Translations under genes and position numbers: made by a program
The notes under the pieces: generated by a model
Seen by the model: only the letters and a program-made list of their open reading frames with translations
What the model was told of the DNA's origin: nothing
The model's database searches: none
In this document: positions 20,005 to 29,715 of the stretch, piece after piece
How the letters are laid out: every line of letters starts with the position of its first letter
Position numbering within the stretch: the stretch's first letter is position 1
Assembly: GCF_001049895.1 (NCBI RefSeq)
Contig: NZ_CVPE01000006.1
Location: forward strand, 1,154,836 to 1,186,835
Direction of reading: 5' to 3'
DNA: 32,000 nucleotides
From: Rubeoparvulum massiliense
GTDB taxonomy: Bacteria; Bacillota; Bacilli; Rubeoparvulales; Rubeoparvulaceae

Positions 20005-20079
20005 CCTATCCCTCCCTCTTCCTATACCATATGTATACGGAAGAGTTCAGACAATTCCTTCTAATGATGGTTAGAGAAG

Positions 20080-20117
20080 TAAAAAAATAGATGCCTACCC
20101 GAACTACATAGGCATCT
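20080..20117 (-). terminator. Rho-independent terminator of the GAF/GGDEF gene
   Basis: AGATGCCTA...TAGGCATCT followed by ATTTTTTTA on the minus strand. Confidence 0.85.
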
Positions 20118-20128
20118 TCTTCATATTT

Positions 20129-22669
20129 TTAATCTGCAACCACCACAAGATTTTTACCACTATTTTTTGCTTTGTACATGGCCTTATCGGCATAGTAGAA
20201 AAGTTCCTCGCCTTCTAAATCGCGTTCACCATGCTTCCATGTGGTTACGCCAATGGAAAGTGTTACCTTGGGCTGAGAGGTCGCTTCAACCCGTTGCCGA
20301 ATCCGCTCGGCCACTTGCTTCGCTGAAGAGATCTCACAGCGTGGTAGATAGATGGCAATCTCTTCTCCTCCCCAACGTGCTGCAACATCACCTTCTCGAA
20401 TACTATTTTTCACGGTCTGTGCAACAAATTGGAGTAGCTCGTCCCCCTTTTGATGTCCATACGTATCATTTACCTTCTTGAAATCATCAATATCGATGAG
20501 AATAAATGAGCCAAATCCATCTCGCTCTTGTGAAACCACAATCTGATCATTGAGGTAATGACGCGCATACAGTTGCGTCAATTGATCCGTGATCACCATT
20601 TGCTCCAAGCGTTGATGGAGAATGGCATTATTCACAGCCAAGGATGAGTGTTGAGCAATTAACTGAAGCAGTTGGTAATCATTATAGGTAAAAGCAAATG
20701 GCTTCTCTGAAAAAACGATCAAGCATTGCATCGTTAGCCCATCCGTTCTTATGGGAATTCCCATCACTGAACGGACGATGTAATTCTCCCGAATGGGGCA
20801 TGATTCATCCGACTGAATTAAACCCTCCCCCCTCGCTAAACACTGACATAGTCTATCGAGCAAGGGTTCTAGTGTCAGTTGTCCTAATTCATCACTAGAG
20901 ATCGCGTCGATGGTATATCGCTCACTGCTGTCTGGATTGTGATGGATAATCATGGAATTGGCATTAAAGGTTGTGGCCATCTTCTTTACCAGATAGACTA
21001 GCACTTCATTTAATTGTAATTTTTTATTCAGCTCCTGGGTGATCTGATTCACGATTTTTAGTTCACGAATCAGTTCACGAGATTGCTGATAAAGCTGAGC
21101 ATTCTCAAAAGCATGCCCTGCAGTCTCTGCAAGTAGCGTGATGAACGCTACCTCATCTTCTGCCAAGTAAGTACCTGGCTCCGAATAGATATGAAAAACG
21201 CCATAGCTGCCCTGTTTCCCCAGTAAGGGTACAGCTAAGGATACCCCAGTGGTTTGCTCCTGATGTATGACTCTTCCTTCCATAAATGCACGTAAATAGA
21301 TCTCTTGTTCCTGTTGGGAAAACTGAAGAATTTTGACGGGCACTTCAATTTCAAAGGTATCTGCCGTTAAATAGAGATCCACATGTAATTCTGGATAGAG
21401 CTGATCAATGCTCTCGATGATCGTTTTTAAAACCTCATTGAGGTTAAACGTGGAATAGAGTTTCTGTGACACATGATACAAGATATCTCGTTTATGCACA
21501 GCCTGCTCTACCTCTTGATGAACAAGGGCTTGATGAAGAGATGCCGCAATCTCTTTGACCAACCGCGAAAGCAATTGCTGCTCATCTTCTTGTAGCATCA
21601 GATATTGTTTACTATGGATGAGGATGAAACCCATCAACTCTCGCTTATGAGAGAGTGGTAATAAGATAAAACTGGAAAAATCTAATTGCTCCATGCCAGG
21701 GAAGAGCTTTAATAATTGCTGATAACGAGCACGATTGTGGGTCACAAACTCTTGCTTAATAAAAATTTCCTGATATAACTCTGCCGTCTCCTCATTCTGC
21801 TGTTGAATAGGCAAGTGTAAGGTAGGGAGTTTTTTCCCTTCTGAATGCCATGCTAGATGAAGTACTCTGTCTTTTTGACCCACTAAGCCAATGGAGATAT
21901 TGCCCTTACGAAGTATCCGTTCCAATTCTACAGCTAATTTTGACAGCATCTGGTTAACATTAAGACGTTCATGCATTTCTTTAATCAATCCCGAGTATTT
22001 ACGCTCAATATTGATTTCCTGATGCAAATTAATTTGGCTATCTTCTTGACAGCAATGGAGTAATGTCCGTTCAACCATGGTAGAGAAGTGCAATAAGGAT
22101 GTAAATGGATCCACCGATGTAATAGGCTTCACAAGAAATGCAAAAGCCCCTATGGTTTCACCATGTACTATAATAGGAAAGGCAAAGGAATTAAACTCCT
22201 GCAAAAAAGGTGCATCATGTTCTGTACCACATACTAAGGCTGAGTGACCTGAACGTATACACATACTAATAGCGGATAGGCCTACCGTTCGCAATCCCCA
22301 TTTCCCGAAGCGATAGATATTACAGGTTTCCCCTTGTTTTGTTGAGACAACAATGCCATTACGGTCCGTAATTAAATAGGTCGCATGAGGGTAATAAACA
22401 GGATCCAGCTTACACACATCCATAAGTAATTGAAATATACGGCGAAGAAAGCCATAGTCCTGAACCTGACTCATGGGTACTACAGAAGGGTAGTGGGGTT
22501 CATGATCTACGAATAAAGCAGCGGTTTCTTCTTGAAGTGTGTGCAACCACTGGTTCTGTATTCCTTTTTTTTCTTCAATATGCATAAGGATGTGTCCCCG
22601 CTCCTTCCCAAGCTGTTCTATATGCGGTAATTCAAATAATTTTTTCATACTTTTTATATATATTAACAT
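20129..22669 (-). CDS. GAF-domain protein with C-terminal GGDEF domain (YtrP-like, putative diguanylate cyclase)
   Basis: Several GAF-like segments. C-terminal DQLTQLYARHYLND, FILIDIDDFKKVNDTYGHQKGDELL, RWGGEEIAIYLP and SIGVTT. Precise start uncertain (22669 or 22648). Confidence 0.9.
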   Translation of the reverse strand: MLIYIKSMKKLFELPHIEQLGKERGHILMHIEEKKGIQNQWLHTLQEETAALFVDHEPHYPSVVPMSQVQDYGFLRRIFQLLMDVCKLDPVYYPHATYLITDRNGIVVSTKQGETCNIYRFGKWGLRTVGLSAISMCIRSGHSALVCGTEHDAPFLQEFNSFAFPIIVHGETIGAFAFLVKPITSVDPFTSLLHFSTMVERTLLHCCQEDSQINLHQEINIERKYSGLIKEMHERLNVNQMLSKLAVELERILRKGNISIGLVGQKDRVLHLAWHSEGKKLPTLHLPIQQQNEETAELYQEIFIKQEFVTHNRARYQQLLKLFPGMEQLDFSSFILLPLSHKRELMGFILIHSKQYLMLQEDEQQLLSRLVKEIAASLHQALVHQEVEQAVHKRDILYHVSQKLYSTFNLNEVLKTIIESIDQLYPELHVDLYLTADTFEIEVPVKILQFSQQEQEIYLRAFMEGRVIHQEQTTGVSLAVPLLGKQGSYGVFHIYSEPGTYLAEDEVAFITLLAETAGHAFENAQLYQQSRELIRELKIVNQITQELNKKLQLNEVLVYLVKKMATTFNANSMIIHHNPDSSERYTIDAISSDELGQLTLEPLLDRLCQCLARGEGLIQSDESCPIRENYIVRSVMGIPIRTDGLTMQCLIVFSEKPFAFTYNDYQLLQLIAQHSSLAVNNAILHQRLEQMVITDQLTQLYARHYLNDQIVVSQERDGFGSFILIDIDDFKKVNDTYGHQKGDELLQFVAQTVKNSIREGDVAARWGGEEIAIYLPRCEISSAKQVAERIRQRVEATSQPKVTLSIGVTTWKHGERDLEGEELFYYADKAMYKAKNSGKNLVVVAD

Positions 22670-22879
22670 GAAAACAAGGGTTAATGTAGTTAATAGTCCC
22701 TAAATTAATTAACTTAGCGAAGAAATTCACTTCAAATTGATTCTTTATTACTATCAGTATTATATACCTTTATTCGCGTTCATTGCATCCTGATAGAATG
22801 AAAGAAGCTTTCTTGGATCTTTCTGTTTTCTTTCCTTGACATTTAGTGGTTCACTCATTATATTATATGTGTTGTACTG

Positions 22880-23055
22880 TATATATAAAGGGTAGCAACG
22901 ATACTAGGTAAAAACGATATGTAACCCTCTTAAGTTTGTCCCTTACAGGTGGCGGCTGTACCTGTAGAGGCGTCCATTGCAAGAACGCTACCGCTTGAAG
23001 TATGGATACTAGACAGAACTTGCATATCGGAAGTAAACACCTAAATATCAATCAT
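22880..23055 (+). promoter_or_regulatory. Putative structured 5' leader of rpsD
   Basis: Long GC-richer untranslated segment (AGGTGGCGGCTGTACCTGTAGAGGCGTCCATTGCAAGAACG...) between AT-rich DNA and the rpsD SD (AAAGGAG). S4 autoregulation through the rpsD leader is known in B. subtilis. Confidence 0.5.
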
Positions 23056-23071
23056 AAAGGAGAAATTACAC

Positions 23072-23674
23072 ATGGCTCGTTATACTGGCCCAATTTGGAA
23101 AAAATCACGCCGTTTCGGAATCTCCATTACCGGTACTGGCAAAGAGTTGAACAAGCGCCCATACGCTCCTGGTCAACATGGTCCCAATCAGCGTAAAAAG
23201 ATGTCTGAGTACGGCTTGCAATTGAATGAAAAGCAAAAGCTTCGTTACATGTATGGCATGAACGAAAAGCAATTTGCTCGTTTATTTGAACGTGCAGGTA
23301 AGATGGAAGGCGTCCATGGTGAGAACTTCTTAACCTTGCTCGAATGCCGTCTTGATAACCTTGTATATCGCATCGGATTTGCTCGCACACGTCGTGCTGC
23401 TCGCCAATTAGTATCTCATGGTCACGTTACCGTGAACGGTAAGAAAGTGGATATTCCATCCTACCACGTAAGACTTGGTGAAGTGATCGGCTTACGGGAG
23501 CGTTCCCGTGACCTGCAAATCGTGAAGGAAGCATTGGATGAAAATGTTTTCCGTCCAGAGTACCTCAATTTCGACGAAAACAAATTAGAAGCAACCTTTA
23601 CTCGTCTTCCTGAACGCTCTGAGCTTCCACAAGAAATCGACGAAAAACTTATCGTTGAGTTCTACTCACGTTAA
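23072..23674 (+). CDS. rpsD: 30S ribosomal protein S4
   Basis: [26 protein letters not shown]...APGQHG...[15 protein letters not shown]...[41 protein letters not shown]. Confidence 0.99.
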   Translation: MARYTGPIWKKSRRFGISITGTGKELNKRPYAPGQHGPNQRKKMSEYGLQLNEKQKLRYMYGMNEKQFARLFERAGKMEGVHGENFLTLLECRLDNLVYRIGFARTRRAARQLVSHGHVTVNGKKVDIPSYHVRLGEVIGLRERSRDLQIVKEALDENVFRPEYLNFDENKLEATFTRLPERSELPQEIDEKLIVEFYSR

Positions 23675-23703
23675 TATTAGCATTAAGCATTTTAATGCAA
23701 ATA

Positions 23704-23746
23704 AAGCCCTTGAAATGTTGTTAATCAACGTTTCAGGGGTTTTTTA
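23704..23746 (+). terminator. rpsD terminator
   Basis: CCCTTGAAATG...CGTTTCAGGGG followed by TTTTTT. Confidence 0.85.
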
Positions 23747-23797
23747 TTAATATTTATTTTACACAAAGATAAAGTCCTTTATAATGGGTAAAGTTAG

Positions 23798-24430
23798 GTG
23801 GTAACCCGTACAAATCCACTTAAAAGGACACACATGGACAAGATTACACAAAAAAATCATTTGGGCAATGCTTTTCACCAAGAAATCGAAAGTCTGCCTG
23901 CACTGGACGATTGTCTTTTTAATGAGCATCTTCAAAAAGGCATCGATCTTTATTCTATAAGTGTTTCTCAGCTGTCAATACGATTAAATGGCATGAATCT
24001 AGATATATTTCAAAGGCTATTCCTTGATTTAGTTTTACAAAAAATACCGCAAAACAAAGGTGGGTGTAAAGTTGCACCTACGTCTAGTGTTTATGGAGAA
24101 AGGGAATCTTATCCTGAAAAAACCGTGCTAACAACCACGAAAGAACGTGACCGTGGCTACTTGGATTACAAGCGTTTATGACCGTATGACAGATGATGGT
24201 TACTTATTCCTTTCTAGGCTACGAAAAAAAGCTGCCATCAGGAAGTTTATGACTTTAAACTCCCAGAAGATACAGCAGTTATATCGGATCGAATGGTGTT
24301 GATTGGAATAAGTCAAACACGTGCTGAAAATTATTTTCGCTTACTAAAAAGCCAAGGATACAAAAGTGAATTAATTCCATCCAATTACTAATCGTTTTGA
24401 TTTGAGTGCCAAAGAAATTCCAGAGTCGTT
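23798..24430 (+). pseudogene. Decayed IS4-family transposase
   Basis: ISVSQLSIRLNGMNLDIFQRLFLDLV, then ESYPEKTVLTTTKERDRGYLDYKR | frameshift | RMTDDGYLFLSRLRKKAAI, VLIGISQTRAENYFRLLK, and an ITNRFDLSAKEIPE remnant. Several frame breaks and missing segments. The 3' boundary is unclear. Confidence 0.75.
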
Positions 24431-24663
24431 GTCACACAGGTCTAATTGTAAATAAAGGCCAAATTGATGGAACTACCTTTAATTGGGTATTTACTTCTTT
24501 GGCTCTATACGAGAAAAATATTGAAATTGAAATTTCAAATATTATTTATGCAACACTAGTGATAAAAATTAGTGCCTTGATGAAGGGATCCACCTTAGAA
24601 TGTTTCCAAGAAAGAAACATTCCTATTAAAGGAAAAATTTTAGACTGTAAGTAGAATATTTTT

Positions 24664-25659
24664 TTACACGTAATAAATTATATTAGGGCTACTTGTACTT
24701 TTATGTGGTCCTAAACATAATTCATACTGATATCCATTGCGAATTTTAATTGTCGACTTTACTGCTATTGTACAAGTTTTATTCAATGGAATCCTTTTAA
24801 GATTGAAATTTCCAATCCTTATTCCAGTTATGTAACAATAACCACTATTTTTTGCGTTTTTTATCACTAGTTGTTTTGTAGTTGGATCGATTGTCTGGTC
24901 AATGACATTAATCACAATTATTGCCTCTTGATTCTTAGAAGCATTACAAGATCTCAAAACGTCTGTAACAGTGATGACAGAGCTTGGGTTAGTGTCCTCA
25001 ATGTACTTTCTGAAAATCTCGGTCTCAATATATTTTTCAATTAAGTTAATCATACATTTAAACAAATGAATTAGTAGTGTCATCTGTTTTGAATTTAACT
25101 GTTCACCTATTTCCATTTTATACGTATGCGAAATCGTATTTCTTAAATCCACAACAAGTTGTAAGTAACCAATTGCTGATTCTGATAGTTTGGTTGAGAT
25201 ATTTGTATGAACTGGAATGAGACCAGAACTTTTCAATAAGTTAATTATATTCTTAATATCTACTGATTTATCTATCAATGAAGTGAGAGTGTTAATATCG
25301 AGTCCTATAATTTTGATTAATTCTGCAAACTCATTCCAATTAAGATTATTCGACTGACATAAAATTTCTTTTTTTACTTTAGTATCTTTAATATCTTTCA
25401 TAAACTCCCTGGATAGGTAAGATTTACCAAAACTTTTCTTTAAGTATCTTTTTATAAATTCCTCTGTATGCAAAATATACTCGTAGTCAAAGTATGTATC
25501 ATAAATCTCATCCTTGGCATACGTTTCCCAAATAGTATAAAGTGATAAAATGAAATTTCTAGTTACTATTTTTTCTAATCTTTTTGATGGGTACTTTTTC
25601 TTAAGTTCTATTGTTCTTAATAATTCATCCAATGTCTCAAAAGCTACATTCTTGCTCAT
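24664..25659 (-). CDS. HEPN-like protein (MAE_28990/MAE_18760-like) with beta-rich C-terminal region
   Basis: Mostly helical N-terminal ~230 aa with LRNTISHTY (RNxxxH motif), then a predicted beta-rich region. Start overlaps the DUF262 gene stop (ATGA). Confidence 0.75.
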   Translation of the reverse strand: MSKNVAFETLDELLRTIELKKKYPSKRLEKIVTRNFILSLYTIWETYAKDEIYDTYFDYEYILHTEEFIKRYLKKSFGKSYLSREFMKDIKDTKVKKEILCQSNNLNWNEFAELIKIIGLDINTLTSLIDKSVDIKNIINLLKSSGLIPVHTNISTKLSESAIGYLQLVVDLRNTISHTYKMEIGEQLNSKQMTLLIHLFKCMINLIEKYIETEIFRKYIEDTNPSSVITVTDVLRSCNASKNQEAIIVINVIDQTIDPTTKQLVIKNAKNSGYCYITGIRIGNFNLKRIPLNKTCTIAVKSTIKIRNGYQYELCLGPHKSTSSPNIIYYV

Positions 25660-26774
25660 TTAGATAATTCCTCAGATAGAAAGTTATAGAAAATGTCTAT
25701 CCTAGCTTTTACATTAACCAAAGCTGTATATTTTCCATTAAATTGGTCCTTGTTTTTTTTAATTAGACTATTTTTATTTGTTTGATTTACAGTACCCCTT
25801 CGACGAAGCACCTCTAAATCATAACCTTCATCTAATAATTTCGACACTGAAAGCATTACAGTGTCATATATCATTTTTTCAAACTTACCTTTATTACTCT
25901 TCATGAATGCTTTGTCTCCATAAATAGAATGTACATTTTCAATAACATTCATAAAATATTTTTTTGCATCTTCAACTTGTTCTTCATTAAATTTTTGTGC
26001 AGCAATTTGATAGTTGTCGAGTGTTACTTTAATTCCTCTTTTGTAATCACATTTTATGGCAGATTTAAACGCAAAAAACCTAAGTATCATTTCTCTATCT
26101 TCCATGCGGATGAGTTCATCATCAGTATTTTTAATCATCAATTTAAATATCTTATTATCCGCTAATTCATTTACCATATTATTGAAATTAGAGGGGTGTA
26201 ATGCGTTTCTAATTTCATGTGGAGATAGTTCCATTCCCCCGGTATTTAGCCTTTCAAACACAAATTGTTTTAATTCTAACTCTCTTTCCTTACCCTTGCT
26301 CGATTCTTTCAAAATTATAATTGCAGACAAATAGCGTCTGTGGATTAGATTTCTTAACTCCTCAGGTAGGTCACTAAATTTACAACCATTTATTTCACTC
26401 CACAGTTCCAATCCCTCTAGCTTAAATTCATTCTTAAAAAAACTGATTATGGTTGAGATTCTTTGTAAACCATCCATTACTTCATATTTATTATAATCTG
26501 TCTCATAAAGAAAAACCGGAGGTATGGGAACATTGACCAAGCAACTCTCTATTAATTTTGATTTTCTTTTAATATCCCATACCCTTTTTCTTTGATATTC
26601 TGGATTTAAATTGTAATTAACAAAAATAAGTGGTAAGTTTTCTAAAGGATATCTCGCTTGATCAATAAGAAGGTTATACTCGCCATTCAGTGCTTTATTG
26701 ACTAAATACTCGCGGTTATAAGATGAATTTTTTGCTACTTCTTTTATATTGAAAACATTGAAAATTTTTTCCAA
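25656..26774 (-). CDS. DUF262 (GmrS/ParB-like) domain protein
   Basis: LNPEYQRKRVWDIKRKSKLIESCLVNVPIPPVFLYE...YEVMDGLQRISTIISFF...LKQFVFERLNTGGMELSPHEIRNAL. The ORF track starts at ATG 26792. TTG at 26774 has a well placed SD (AGGTGGAG), so it is the preferred start. Confidence 0.9.
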   Translation of the reverse strand: MEKIFNVFNIKEVAKNSSYNREYLVNKALNGEYNLLIDQARYPLENLPLIFVNYNLNPEYQRKRVWDIKRKSKLIESCLVNVPIPPVFLYETDYNKYEVMDGLQRISTIISFFKNEFKLEGLELWSEINGCKFSDLPEELRNLIHRRYLSAIIILKESSKGKERELELKQFVFERLNTGGMELSPHEIRNALHPSNFNNMVNELADNKIFKLMIKNTDDELIRMEDREMILRFFAFKSAIKCDYKRGIKVTLDNYQIAAQKFNEEQVEDAKKYFMNVIENVHSIYGDKAFMKSNKGKFEKMIYDTVMLSVSKLLDEGYDLEVLRRRGTVNQTNKNSLIKKNKDQFNGKYTALVNVKARIDIFYNFLSEELSK

Positions 26775-27097
26775 TACTACTCCACCTTTCATTAGAACTC
26801 TTTAAATAAAATATAGCATATTATTGTTTTTTTTGTTCCTATTTTGAGAATTCCTTCTTCAACTATTCTGACCCTTTAGTTTAAGTACATTTTTTTACAA
26901 ATCTTCGTTTGTTTTACCGTATAAAAAACAACCCTCTATGAATTTCAAAACTACTAGTAATTATCACCTGTTGATTCCCATGAAAGTTGTCTTTATTTTG
27001 ACGATGAATTCTTTTTCTTTATTAAAGTAAGACGTGTAGTAGTACAAAAATTAGTACAAAACAGTTTTATCCATATTCATTTGTGGTAGTGTCAATA

Positions 27098-28458
27098 AGT
27101 TTGTGTAATTTGTAGGGTACCTATCGCGTTCAATTCTATCTTGATAAATGATTCTATTGGTTCATATTATAAGGATCAATAGAATGCTCAGTTAGCACTT
27201 TTTCGCTATAACGTTGCTTGAACATCTCTTGTAGCTCCGAATAAGCAGCATCAAAACCACGAAGTTTCCTTTCTGACCACCGTTGATTGTAGTCAACAGA
27301 CTCAAGATAGACAATCTTTTCGGCTGCCTTCTCGGTAGGTAGACTGTTCATGGGCTTCGTGCGTTTTTTGATCTCTTTCATGGTACGTTCGATGATATTC
27401 GTGGTATAGATCAAGGGACGTATGGATGCAGGATAATCTAAGAATGTGAGCAACACGGATAAATCTTGTTCCCATGAACGAACAACTTTCGGGTATTTCT
27501 TCTCCCACGCTGCTTTAAACAATGCAAATTGTTCATGAGCTTCTTCCAGACTATGAGCTTGGTAGATGGGCTTTAAATCTTCTGCAACCGAAGGTTGATC
27601 CTTTTTCCGTATAAGGTTTAAGGCATTTCGAACTTTATGAACGACACAGCGTTGAACATCGGCTTGAGGAAAGACTTCTTTCATCGCTTCTTCAAGTCCT
27701 GGAAGTCCATCGAATACCCCCAGTAACACTTCCTGAACACCACGGCTGCAGAGATCCATTAAAATCTCTTTCCATCGTAGCGCACTTTCTTGACCGCCCA
27801 CATCAAACCCGAGTATCTCACGATACCCTTTCTCGGTAACACCAATGACGAGGTAGACCACTTCATTGGCAACATCTTCGCGGCGAAGCTTTAGATAGGT
27901 TCCATCTAAATAGAGAATGGAGTAACGTTGCTTCAAAGGACGCTGAAGCCACATCTCCATATCTTCAACAACCACATCTGTAATGTGACTGATCGTGGTG
28001 GCTGAATAAGATTGTCCTAAGATTCGCTCAATAAAATGACCAATTTCTCGTGTACTCATACCTTTCTGATACATGGTGATGATCGTATCGTTTCTTCGAG
28101 CCATTGTTCACGACGTTGATAGGGACTAAATATCCTGGTCTGAAAGGTGTTGTCGCGGTCACGTGGAACTTGTAAATCTTCGATACGCCCATATTTGGTA
28201 TCCAGTTGGCGTGTATACGAACCATTTTTATAATTCTTAAGTTCAGGATGTTCGTAAGTGAAGAAGCCATTCATTTCTTCCTTCATGATGGTTTCTAGTT
28301 TCTCTTTTACGAAGTTTCGAACCATCATTTCCAATTGCTTTTCAAAGGGGTTTTGCTCTATACTTGTAGACATGGTAGGGTATCTCCTCTTCGTTGATTT
28401 TGCGGTTAACTTGAGGGTACCCTATCTCTTTTTTGCTTTCAAGCACTTTACACAAACT
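27098..28458 (-). mobile_element. IS256-family insertion sequence (disrupted transposase)
   Basis: Transposase ORFs are flanked by AGTTTGTGTAA (27098-27108) and its inverted copy TTACACAAACT (28448-28458), with a further internal TAGGGTACC similarity at both ends. No clear target duplication seen. Confidence 0.75.
27154..28373 (-). pseudogene. IS256-family transposase, split by a frameshift near 28090
   Basis: N-terminal part (28373-28056) FQTRIFSPYQRREQWLEETI continues in another frame (28104-27154) IITMYQKGMSTREIG..., with LYLDGTYLKLRRE, FDGLPGLEEA and TTNIIERTMKEIKKRTKPM. Confidence 0.92.
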
Positions 28459-28858
28459 ATTGTACGTCATCTCATTTGTTTAAAAATGCACTAGCAAGCA
28501 CGCATAGATTTATTAACATAGACAGAAAAGGACATCTTGTCCCCTCCTGAATCACAAAACACTCCTTTTTATGTAAACACCCAATACCTTTGAAGACATT
28601 TTCATTTTAATGGATTGGTATAAATTGGGTAACCTGATTATAGTGGTGAAAAGACAAGAAAAGTAATTCATTATTCGTACTATAATAAAATGGGTAATCG
28701 TATAGAAATATAACATTAGCTTACCTAAGATATATTCGATGATTAAATTGAGATAATTTATGAAGTATAACCCCCTTAGCAAAACATTACACAAAAATAA
28801 TCAAAACTTATTCATTAGTGTTCGTTATGATTGTAAATGAAAGGGAGGTGAAATACCG

Positions 28859-29146
28859 TTGAAAATGGAGGATATTCTACAATTTGATAATATGAGTGAC
28901 AGACCGATCATTGATACAAATAGTTAGAATAGATATTCTATCGTACTTGATGTTCCAAAAAACAGTGTAATTATATCGTTCGGTATTTTACTAACAGGAG
29001 AAGGAGAAGTTTGGTTGGATGGACTTAGCTTCGAAATAGTTGATAAAGATATCCCTCCAATCAATATTAGTTTTGAAGACAATCTTTTAGAGGAACCACC
29101 AAATTTATCATTTGAAGAAAAAGATTTTCCCTCTCTGTTAGGATAG
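28859..29146 (+). pseudogene. Decayed gene fragment of unassigned family
   Basis: Strong SD (AAGGGAGGTG) before TTG 28859, a stop at 28925-28927, then open sequence encoding VLDVPKNSVIISFGILLTGEGEVWLDGLSFEIVDKDIPPINISFEDNLLEEPP... to a TAG at about 29146. Confidence 0.45.
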
Positions 29147-29193
29147 ATGTCGTACGATACTTTAGTGTTATAGTTAAGTCAATAACACGGAGG

Positions 29194-29715
29194 TTGATCG
29201 ATATGACAGAAAAAAATGGAGTACGATATTCGCAAGAACAAAAAGAGTCCATTATCAAACGCATGATGCCCCCCAATCATGAATCTGTATCGAAAATTTC
29301 AAAAGAAGAAGGCATCTCAGATGCGACGTTGTACAAGTGGCGCAGAGAAGCTCGCAAGGCTGGTATGGCAACACCTGGTAATGGACAAACAAGCGAGAAA
29401 TGGAGTAGCTAAGATAAGTTTTTAATTGTGATAGAAACCTTCGCGATGAATGAATTGGAGCTTGCCGAGTATTGTCGCAAAAAGGGTCTGTATCGTGAAC
29501 AGATTGAAGCATGGAAAAATGTATGCCTTCAGGCAAATGGCCATGCATTCGATCAAGCGAAGCAGTTGAATGGTGCATTGAAGGAAGAACAGAAGCGTGC
29601 TAAGCAATTAGAAAAAGAGCTACAAAAGAAAGAAAAGGCACTAGCCGAAGCTGCGGCGTTATTACTTTTGCGAAAAAAGGCCCAAGCGATTTGGGGGGGC
29701 GACGAGGAAGAATGA
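29194..29715 (+). pseudogene. IS3-family OrfA interrupted by one in-frame TAA (29410-29412)
   Basis: ISDATLYKWRREARKAG...TSEKWSS* continues in the same frame DKFLIVIETFAMNELELAEYCRKKGLYREQIEAWKNVC... Confidence 0.85.

Noticed and set aside
24406-24654. 82-aa ORF following the IS4 remnant as a real gene
   Set aside because: No clear SD, starts inside the decayed transposase region and has no recognised family. Treated as probable remnant sequence.
27036-27062. Short direct repeat TAGTACAAAA twice (GTAGTACAAAAATTAGTACAAAACAG)
   Set aside because: Only about 10 bp in AT-rich DNA, and compatible with chance. Not supported as a regulatory or att site.
29255-29578. Minus-strand ORF opposite IS3 orfA, and similar ORFs opposite orfB (30191-30391, 30460-30720)
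   Set aside because: Shadow ORFs opposite clear transposase coding sequence.
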